Source of the DNA: an uncultured Flammeovirgaceae bacterium
Lineage (GTDB): Bacteria > Bacteroidota > Bacteroidia > Cytophagales > MED-G16
Direction of reading: 5' to 3'
DNA length: 64,000 bases
Assembly (NCBI GenBank): GCA_913046795.1
Contig: CAJWTC010000002.1
Location: 1,994-65,993 of the forward strand
The notes beneath the pieces are model-generated. The model had not been told where the DNA came from. It saw only the letters and a program-made list of their open reading frames with translations, and searched no databases. The position numbers and the translations under genes are program-made. Positions 57,006-64,000 of the stretch are shown here, one piece after another. The stretch's first letter is position 1. Every line of letters starts with the position of its first letter.

Positions 57006-59306
57006 CTACTTCTTATAAAAATGCAAAATTATACTCGGTAACAGAGTCAAGTTAGTAATCATAGCTACAAATAAAATAATTGAAGTTAATACCCCAAGAA
57101 CAATGGTTCCCCCAAAATTAGAAAAAGCAAAAATTATAAATCCAAAAAATAAAATAAATGATGTGAAAACCATACTTTTTCCAGTCTGGGAAATTGTGTT
57201 AAAGATTGAATCATTTAAGCTATTATTTATTAATTCATTTTTGAACTTCGCTAAAAAGTGAATAGAATAGTCAACTGAAATTCCAAATACAATACTAAAT
57301 ACAAGAGCTGAACTTGGTTTAAGAGGAATAGACAAAAAACCCATAATACCACCAGCAATTAATAATGGAATAATATTCGGGATTAATGATATAATAACCA
57401 TCTTAACATTTCTAAATAATGCAGACATAATCAGGCTAATAATAAAAAATGCTAATAACATAGACTGTAATAAGTTTTCAATTAAAAAGTTGATGCCTTT
57501 TATAAATGTTAGAGTTGTACCAGTTAGCACAACTTCAGAATTTGATTTAGAAAAAATCTCATCAATTTTAGGTTTAATTATATTACTAACAATGGAATCT
57601 AATTTATATGAACCTAAATCAGATATGTTAAGAGAAATTCTAATTTTTTGACCGGTTGAATCTACAAACGACTTAGATATATTATCATCATCTGAAATGT
57701 TATTTTGATAACCATCCGCTATATATCTTAAAATAAAATTCTTATCTCTATTATTAGGCATTGAATAATAGGAAGGATTATTATTATAATATGCTTGTCT
57801 TGAGGCCTTCACAAAACTTACTATAGATATAGGTGATGAAACATAGCTTTTATCAGAAAGAAAGTTTTCTAATCTATCAACTTTTTTAAGAGTATTTAAG
57901 TTTTGAACACCCCTTTTCATTTTTGTATCTACAACTATCTCTAATGGCATAACTCCAGAAAAATTCTTTTCGAAGAATTTTAAATCTTTCATAAGAGAAC
58001 TTTCTGCTGGGACATCGTCAACAATATAAGAAATAGACTTTACCTTGGTAATACCGTAAATAGATATAATAAAAATAGATGTGAAGATTAAAAAAACTAT
58101 TTTTTTATGGTTAAATGAAATATAAATAAAAGATGAAATAAGCTTATTAATAAAGTTATAATTAAGATAATCTGTCTGGCTTTTATTAGGTGGAGGAAGA
58201 AATATATAGGCAGTTGGAAGTAAAAATATACTAACAAAAAAAGTAGCAACAACATTAATGCCAGCAATTATACCAAACTCTGTTAAGATTTTTATATCAG
58301 TAGTTGACAAAACTAAAAACCCTACTGCAGTTGTTAGGTTAGTTATGAGAGTAATCAATCCAATTGTCTTGATAACATTTTTAAAAGCATCACTTTTATC
58401 TTTAAAATTTTCAAAAGAGTAATGATAATAATTAAGCATATACACACAATTCGGAATTCCAATAACAACAATTAATGGAGGAAGAAGGCCCGAAAGTAAA
58501 GTTATCTTGTAACCAAATAAAGCTAAAGACCCAAATATCCATACGACAACTATCCCAATTATAAATACCGGTATTAAAACCGCATCTAGTGATCTAAAGA
58601 ATATAAATAAGATTAGAGCAGTGACTGCCAGAGATGCAATAAGCAAAAGAGACAACTCATCCTTAACGTTATTTGCGATTGTATATCTTGAATACGGTAG
58701 TCCGGCATAATGTAATTTTATGTTAGTATTCTCTTGAAATTCATTACCCCTATTAACAAGGTTTTCCATCAATGCATCTCTCTTGTCAGAATTAAGAATT
58801 TTTTTATCAATAGTGATTAGAAGAGTGATTGCACCCTCATCATTAAATATTTTGCCTTTATAAAATTTTTGTTTTAGAGTAAATTCAATAAGACTATCCA
58901 ATTCATTCTGAGAGTCTAAAGAATTATTAAATATTGGCACAAATTGAAAATTCTTGTCCTTAGTATTCTTTTTTAAAATCTGCAAAGTAGATAATCCTAG
59001 AGCCCCCTTTACCCCATTAATATCTTTGACTTCTTTAATTAATTTTTGATAAACTTTAAAATTTTCTAATTTAAAAATTGAAGAGTCTTTTAATCCAACA
59101 GCAAAGACATTGCCATCTTCACCAAATGTATTCTTAAACCCATTGTAATATTCCATGTCAGGATCTGAGTCAGGAACAGTTTGAGAAAAATCATAATTTA
59201 GTTGAACAAACTGACTCATATAGGCCATGAATACAGTGATAATTAATATTATAGAAACGAAAAGTTTTCTTTTCTCTAGAATAAATATCGATACCTTATC
59301 GATCAT
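57006..59306 (-). CDS. MMPL/RND-superfamily exporter
   Basis: 766 aa. Two repeats, each a large extracytoplasmic loop plus a 5-6 TM bundle (sterol-sensing-like). Overall architecture is typical of MMPL/HpnN-like transporters. Confidence 0.75.
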   Translation of the reverse strand: MIDKVSIFILEKRKLFVSIILIITVFMAYMSQFVQLNYDFSQTVPDSDPDMEYYNGFKNTFGEDGNVFAVGLKDSSIFKLENFKVYQKLIKEVKDINGVKGALGLSTLQILKKNTKDKNFQFVPIFNNSLDSQNELDSLIEFTLKQKFYKGKIFNDEGAITLLITIDKKILNSDKRDALMENLVNRGNEFQENTNIKLHYAGLPYSRYTIANNVKDELSLLLIASLAVTALILFIFFRSLDAVLIPVFIIGIVVVWIFGSLALFGYKITLLSGLLPPLIVVIGIPNCVYMLNYYHYSFENFKDKSDAFKNVIKTIGLITLITNLTTAVGFLVLSTTDIKILTEFGIIAGINVVATFFVSIFLLPTAYIFLPPPNKSQTDYLNYNFINKLISSFIYISFNHKKIVFLIFTSIFIISIYGITKVKSISYIVDDVPAESSLMKDLKFFEKNFSGVMPLEIVVDTKMKRGVQNLNTLKKVDRLENFLSDKSYVSSPISIVSFVKASRQAYYNNNPSYYSMPNNRDKNFILRYIADGYQNNISDDDNISKSFVDSTGQKIRISLNISDLGSYKLDSIVSNIIKPKIDEIFSKSNSEVVLTGTTLTFIKGINFLIENLLQSMLLAFFIISLIMSALFRNVKMVIISLIPNIIPLLIAGGIMGFLSIPLKPSSALVFSIVFGISVDYSIHFLAKFKNELINNSLNDSIFNTISQTGKSMVFTSFILFFGFIIFAFSNFGGTIVLGVLTSIILFVAMITNLTLLPSIILHFYKK

Positions 59307-60841
59307 GAAAAATTCTTTAATAAATTAATAATTGAAGTTCTATCATCAATGAAAGAAATTATATTATCAATACTAATCCTCTCTTGACTCATATCATCTC
59401 TGTTTCTGACTGTAACTGAGTTATCTTTTAAAGAATCATAGTCCACAGTGACACATAGTGGAGTACCAATAGCGTCTTGTCTCCTGTATCTTTTTCCAAT
59501 TGAATCTTTAATGTCTAACTGACAATTAAACTTAAACCTTATAATATCAAATATATCTTTAGCCTTTTCTGGTAATCCATCTTTAGCATTTAATGGTAAA
59601 ACCGCACATTTTACAGGAGCAATTTCAAAAGGTATTTTTAAAAATGTTCTATTTGACCCATCCGCAAGAGCTTCCTCTTTGTAGCTAGTTGCCAAAACTG
59701 ATAAAAATAAACGATCAAGACCAATTGAAGTCTCAACAACATAAGGAACATAACTTTCTCCTGACTTCTGATCAAAATATAATATTTTCTTTTTTGACTT
59801 TTCTTGGTGTTTTATTAGGTCAAAATCTGTTCTAGAATGAATCCCTTCTAATTCTTTAAAGCCCATTGGAAATTTAAATTCTATATCACATGCAGCATTA
59901 GCATAGTGCGCTAGATTCTTGTGATCATGAAAACGATATAGATCATTTCCTAGTCCTAATGACTTATGCCATTTTAACCTTTGCTCTTTCCACTTATCAT
60001 ACCATTCCAATTCCGTTCCTGGTTGAACAAAAAACTGCATCTCCATCTGTTCAAACTCTCTCATTCTAAAAATAAATTGCCTTGCAATAATTTCATTTCT
60101 AAATGCCTTTCCAATCTGAGCTATTCCAAATGGAATTTTTGATCGAGTTGAATTAATTACATTTAAAAAATTAACAAATATTCCTTGAGCCGTCTCAGGT
60201 CTAAGGTAGAGTTTTTTTGTGTTTTCAGTATTTGATCCGACTTCAGTTGAAAACATAAGGTTAAATTGTTTAACATCTGTCCAATTAGAAGTTCCAGAAA
60301 CAGGATCATTAATTTCCAATTCGTTTATTAATTCCGCAAGTCCTTTCAGGTCATTTGATGACAACATCTCACCTAGCCTATTAGATATTTCTTGATGTTT
60401 TTTTGAATATTTAAGTACTCTTGGATTTGTTGATTTAAATTCATTCTCATCAAAGCTGTCACCAAATCTTTTTTTTCCTTTTGAAATCTCTTTATTAATC
60501 TTTGATTCTATCTTAAGAAGATATTCTTCAACCAAAACATCTGCCCTATATCTTTTTTTGGAATCTTTATTGTCTATAAGCGGATCATTAAAAGCATCTA
60601 CATGACCCGAGGCTTCCCAGGTTTTAGGATCCATAAAAATTGCAGAATCTAACCCCACAATGTTTTGTTCTAAATGGACCATTGCCTTCCACCAATACGA
60701 CTTTAAATTATTCTTAAGTTCACTTCCTAAAGGCCCATAATCATAAACAGCACTCAGTCCATCATATATCTCACTAGATTGAAAGACAAATCCAAAGGCT
60801 TTGCAATGAGAAATTATTTTTTTTAGAGAATCGTTTTCCAT
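59303..60841 (-). CDS. glyQS: glycine--tRNA ligase (class II, homodimeric type)
   Basis: 512 aa. YLRPETAQGIFVNF, GKAFRNEI.AR.FIFRMREFEQMEMQFF, ETSIGLDR. Confidence 0.95.
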   Translation of the reverse strand: MENDSLKKIISHCKAFGFVFQSSEIYDGLSAVYDYGPLGSELKNNLKSYWWKAMVHLEQNIVGLDSAIFMDPKTWEASGHVDAFNDPLIDNKDSKKRYRADVLVEEYLLKIESKINKEISKGKKRFGDSFDENEFKSTNPRVLKYSKKHQEISNRLGEMLSSNDLKGLAELINELEINDPVSGTSNWTDVKQFNLMFSTEVGSNTENTKKLYLRPETAQGIFVNFLNVINSTRSKIPFGIAQIGKAFRNEIIARQFIFRMREFEQMEMQFFVQPGTELEWYDKWKEQRLKWHKSLGLGNDLYRFHDHKNLAHYANAACDIEFKFPMGFKELEGIHSRTDFDLIKHQEKSKKKILYFDQKSGESYVPYVVETSIGLDRLFLSVLATSYKEEALADGSNRTFLKIPFEIAPVKCAVLPLNAKDGLPEKAKDIFDIIRFKFNCQLDIKDSIGKRYRRQDAIGTPLCVTVDYDSLKDNSVTVRNRDDMSQERISIDNIISFIDDRTSIINLLKNFS

Positions 60842-60958
60842 TGTTTAACAAATATACTTTTACAATCTATCATAAACTAACAAGGATTAAATTTCATTAT
60901 TAAGAAAATTCAATTAAAATTAAATATTGTTATTAAGAATTTAAATTAATTTAATTAT

Positions 60959-61504
60959 ATGAAAAAGGCCGTTGCAGTTTTTTGTGGGTCTAGTAAACCA
61001 GAAAATAATAGTTTAATTGAAAAAGAGGTTAATAAATTAGCTGAATTATTAAATGAAAAAAAAATAAAATTGGTTTATGGTGGAGCAAAAATTGGTCTAA
61101 TGGGATCTCTAGCAAAAAACGTAATTAAAAACAATGGAGATGTCATCGGAGTTATTCCTAAAGTCCTTAAAAAAAAGGAGATAATATTTGAGGGTGTTAG
61201 TGAAATGCATGTAGTTAGTTCTATGCATCAAAGAAAAAAAATGATGTATGATTTAGCTGACTTTTTTATAGTTCTACCTGGTGGCATAGGGACTCTTGAA
61301 GAACTCGCAGAAATAGTTACCTGGAAAGGCTTAAAAATAACAGATAAAAAAATATTTCTTTTAAATATCAATGGCTTCTATGATAACCTTTTAAAACAAT
61401 TTGATGTCATGAAAAAGAATAATTTTCTTCATAAAGATATATTCTCTGAAGTAATAATATCTCAAAACATATCCGAACTTAAAACCAAATTAGATTTTAA
61501 CTAA
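60959..61504 (+). CDS. LOG-family nucleotide 5'-monophosphate nucleosidase (TIGR00730)
   Basis: 181 aa. VAVFCGSS, YGGAKIGLMG, PGGIGTLEELAE. Confidence 0.88.
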   Translation: MKKAVAVFCGSSKPENNSLIEKEVNKLAELLNEKKIKLVYGGAKIGLMGSLAKNVIKNNGDVIGVIPKVLKKKEIIFEGVSEMHVVSSMHQRKKMMYDLADFFIVLPGGIGTLEELAEIVTWKGLKITDKKIFLLNINGFYDNLLKQFDVMKKNNFLHKDIFSEVIISQNISELKTKLDFN

Positions 61505-62687
61505 AATAGGATATAAGAACTCCTGCAGCAACTGCTGATCCAATAACACCAGAAATATTACTAGCCATAGCATAATTCATAAGGTGATTTGATGGATCAT
61601 TTTTAAGTGCAATCTCATTAGCTACTCTGCTAGCCATAGGTACAGCACTAAGACCCGTTGCCCCAATTAATGGATTTATTTTTTTCTTACTAAATAAATT
61701 ATAAATTTTTACTGCAATTATACCGCCTGCTATAGAAATTATAAATGCAAAAAGACCACCAAAAATTATTGCAATTGTCTCAATATTTAGAAATGCCTTT
61801 GGAGTCATGGTGGCTCCAATTGTTAAACCTAAGAAGAGTGTACTAGAATTTAATATGTTATCGGAAATTGATTTTGAAAGTCTTATAGTTGACGAACCTA
61901 TTTCTTTTAATAAGTTTCCAAACATAAGAAACCCAATCAGTGTAGTTGAAGATGGAACAATAAGAGAAACAATCAAAGTAACTAGAATAGGAAAAATGAT
62001 TTTAATTGTACCTAAATTTTTAATCTCGTTATTATCAGAAAATTCATCATCTTGCTTCTTCATATTAATTAATAACTCTTTTTTTGAAACTAAAACTTTT
62101 ACAACAGATGGAATAATAACCGGTACCAAAGCCATATATGAATACGCCGCAATAGCAATTGGTCCTAAAAGGTGTGGAGCCAATATTATTGATGTGTAGA
62201 TTGCAGTTGGCCCATCTGCACCTCCAATTATAGCTAAAGCTGCAGCCTCATTATTTGAGAAGCCAAATAAACTTGCTAATATTAGTACAGAAAAAATACC
62301 TATTTGAGCAGCAGCTCCAAAAAAAACTAATCGTAAATTTTTTAACATCGGACCAAAATCAGTTAGAGCACCTATTCCCATAAAGATTAAAGGAGGTAAA
62401 AACCCTGTCTTTATAAGTGAGTAATAAAGGAGATTAATGATTCCATGCTCATTTGCAATTTGAATCAGGCTATAAGATGGATCAACTTGAACAACACCTA
62501 GGTTGGAGTTTGGTATGTTAGCTATTATAACACCAAAACCTATAGGCACTAATAAAAGTGGTTCGTATTTTTTTGAAATTCCAAGGAATAAAAGCAAACA
62601 TCCTATTACCAACATAATAATATATCCGGGGTTAGCAAAAAGGTTATTAAAACCAGTCATTTCTAAGATATTTTGAAAAAAATCCAT
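61497..62687 (-). CDS. oadB: Na+-translocating decarboxylase beta subunit (oxaloacetate decarboxylase type)
   Basis: 396 aa polytopic protein. YEPLLLVPIGFG, GGADGPT, GATGLSAVPMASRV. Confidence 0.88.
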   Translation of the reverse strand: MDFFQNILEMTGFNNLFANPGYIIMLVIGCLLLFLGISKKYEPLLLVPIGFGVIIANIPNSNLGVVQVDPSYSLIQIANEHGIINLLYYSLIKTGFLPPLIFMGIGALTDFGPMLKNLRLVFFGAAAQIGIFSVLILASLFGFSNNEAAALAIIGGADGPTAIYTSIILAPHLLGPIAIAAYSYMALVPVIIPSVVKVLVSKKELLINMKKQDDEFSDNNEIKNLGTIKIIFPILVTLIVSLIVPSSTTLIGFLMFGNLLKEIGSSTIRLSKSISDNILNSSTLFLGLTIGATMTPKAFLNIETIAIIFGGLFAFIISIAGGIIAVKIYNLFSKKKINPLIGATGLSAVPMASRVANEIALKNDPSNHLMNYAMASNISGVIGSAVAAGVLISYFS

Positions 62688-62690
62688 AAT

Positions 62691-64000
62691 TTATTTTTTT
62701 ATTATAAATAAAACATCGTCATCATACACATCTTCTCCATCTCTAAAACATATTTTAAGAATCTTACCAGAAAACTCAGATTTAATAGCATTCATAACTT
62801 TCATCGACTCAATATAACATAAAACATCACCTTTATTAACTACATCATTCACTTTTACAGGTCTCTCATTTGAACCTTTGGTTAGAACGAATTTTCCCTC
62901 TATAGGAGAATACACTGGGTTTCCATCTATTCTCTTTATATCCTCAGAAAAAGATTCATCTGATAAAGAATACTCGACTTTATATTTTTCAGTTCCAACT
63001 TCAATTATTTCATATTGATTTTTAGATGGTTCCTCTGTTTTATTCGAGTCATTTTTTCTTTTATTTAAATCTCCCGTAAAACTTTTCTTTGCTTTTCCTG
63101 ACTTGTAATCAATATATTGAGTCTTATGTAGTGAATATTCTAAAAGTTCCTCATCATCTAAACCTGTGTCCCAACCTCTTTCTTTCATTTCTTTTCTATT
63201 ATTATCTAGTGACTCCTCAACAAGATTCTGTGGGTTATCACTGTAAAAATCTTTCTTTAAATCAGAAGCTAGTTCTATAATTTCTTTACCCAGAGAACCC
63301 GGTAATTTACCTGACTTACCAAGTAACATATCCCAGGTATTATCATCAATTAGGCTCCATCTTGGCTTACCTTTAATCTTGTTTAAAACATTTACTAAAG
63401 CAACATTTTTTACATATTGGCTATAAGGAGTTACAAGAGGGGGATATCCCATCAAAGGCCAAATTTCATTTACTTCATCTGAAAGCATTGAGAAAAGTAA
63501 ATCAATTTTTATTTCTTCAGAATTATTCTTTTTAAGCCACTTATTTATACTTATATGGCTTTTCTCAAGATCACTCATAAGACTTCCCATCATACCCCCA
63601 GGCAATCCAGAACTAATAAGAAGAGAGTTCATTAATCTATTTTTTTGATTTATGTAATAACCTAAAGATTCATCTATAAATTCCTGAGTGAGTTGTTTAA
63701 CCTCCATGTATGCTTTTTTGTCATAATCCTTTACTTTAAAACCATCATCCCTTAAAAGTTCGTGGATAGTTAATAGATCAGCATGAGTAGTGCCCCAAGA
63801 TAGTGGCTCCATTGAAACATCTATAATATCAGCACCTGCCCTGGCTACCTCCAAAGATGAAGCTACTGAGAAGCCTGGTCCGGAATGGCCATGATATTGT
63901 ACGATTGTACTTGAACTAAAATTCTTTATACCCTTAACAATTTTACCTAAAGAAGATGGTCGACCAATGCCCGCCATATCTTTTATAGCAATTTCCTGTG
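62691..64000 (-). CDS. oadA: oxaloacetate decarboxylase alpha subunit / pyruvate carboxylase subunit B type (carboxyltransferase plus biotinyl domain); 5' end lies outside the window
   Basis: The frame stays open upstream of the track's Met: 63978-64000 translates ..QEIAIKD before MAGIGRP, matching the conserved IKDMAG motif. C-terminal biotinyl domain with IESMKVMN. Only the C-terminal ~436 aa are visible. Confidence 0.85.
   Translation of the reverse strand, partial: QEIAIKDMAGIGRPSSLGKIVKGIKNFSSSTIVQYHGHSGPGFSVASSLEVARAGADIIDVSMEPLSWGTTHADLLTIHELLRDDGFKVKDYDKKAYMEVKQLTQEFIDESLGYYINQKNRLMNSLLISSGLPGGMMGSLMSDLEKSHISINKWLKKNNSEEIKIDLLFSMLSDEVNEIWPLMGYPPLVTPYSQYVKNVALVNVLNKIKGKPRWSLIDDNTWDMLLGKSGKLPGSLGKEIIELASDLKKDFYSDNPQNLVEESLDNNRKEMKERGWDTGLDDEELLEYSLHKTQYIDYKSGKAKKSFTGDLNKRKNDSNKTEEPSKNQYEIIEVGTEKYKVEYSLSDESFSEDIKRIDGNPVYSPIEGKFVLTKGSNERPVKVNDVVNKGDVLCYIESMKVMNAIKSEFSGKILKICFRDGEDVYDDDVLFIIKK

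Noticed and set aside
63975-63977. ATG at 63975-63977, given by the track as the oadA start.
   Set aside because: The frame stays open to the window edge. The upstream residues (QEIAIKD-MAG) complete the conserved IKDMAG motif of the carboxyltransferase domain, so this Met is internal.
1-64000. Visual scan for CRISPR arrays, rRNA operons, IS elements with inverted repeats, toxin-antitoxin pairs, restriction-modification or other known defence genes.
   Set aside because: I found no regularly spaced repeats, transposase-like ORFs or defence-associated domains. Intergenic regions are short (mostly under 150 nt) and AT-rich, with no obvious structured RNA apart from tRNA-Val.

Overview
AT-rich bacterial chromosome segment (about 30% G+C by hand counts on sampled lines). 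The gene repertoire looks like Bacteroidota/Flavobacteriia: DUF4270, GldE-like, DUF4105/Lnb-like and LptC-like genes, a Bacteroidetes-type integrase architecture, and many lipoproteins. Most of the window is tightly packed housekeeping DNA. It includes dapF, rplS, secA, cutC, gltX, folE, glnS, purE/purK, an OmpR-type two-component pair, tRNA-Val(GAC), gpmI, recX, rsmI, anmK, nhaD, ribH, pdhA, recF, lspA, ileS, glyQS, a LOG-family gene and oadB/oadA (oadA runs off the 3' edge). I saw no rRNA, CRISPR array, prophage or recognisable defence system. Four places deserve a second look. (1) A 669-nt lipoprotein gene (31950-32618) has about 50% G+C and C/G-ending codons, far above the local background. 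(2) Directly upstream of it on the same strand sits a cassette of three more lipoproteins: two paralogous Kazal-like cysteine-knot proteins flanking a DUF6174-like protein. This lies in an accessory-looking stretch between tRNA-Val and gpmI. (3) An integrase-like ORF (17164-18300) lies between two amidinotransferase-fold genes. It is bracketed by 20-bp imperfect direct repeats, appears to have lost several catalytic residues, and carries a G9 homopolymer. (4) A translationally coupled four-gene envelope operon (beta-barrel, TPR-like, membrane-anchored coiled coil, LptC-like) has mostly unknown function. Smaller oddities are an orphan HisA homolog with Tyr at the N-terminal catalytic Asp position, a half-length glycogen-synthase homolog lacking KTGGL, and a BI-1/YccA-like protein with an inserted loop. 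All family assignments rest on motif recognition by eye; no database search was run.
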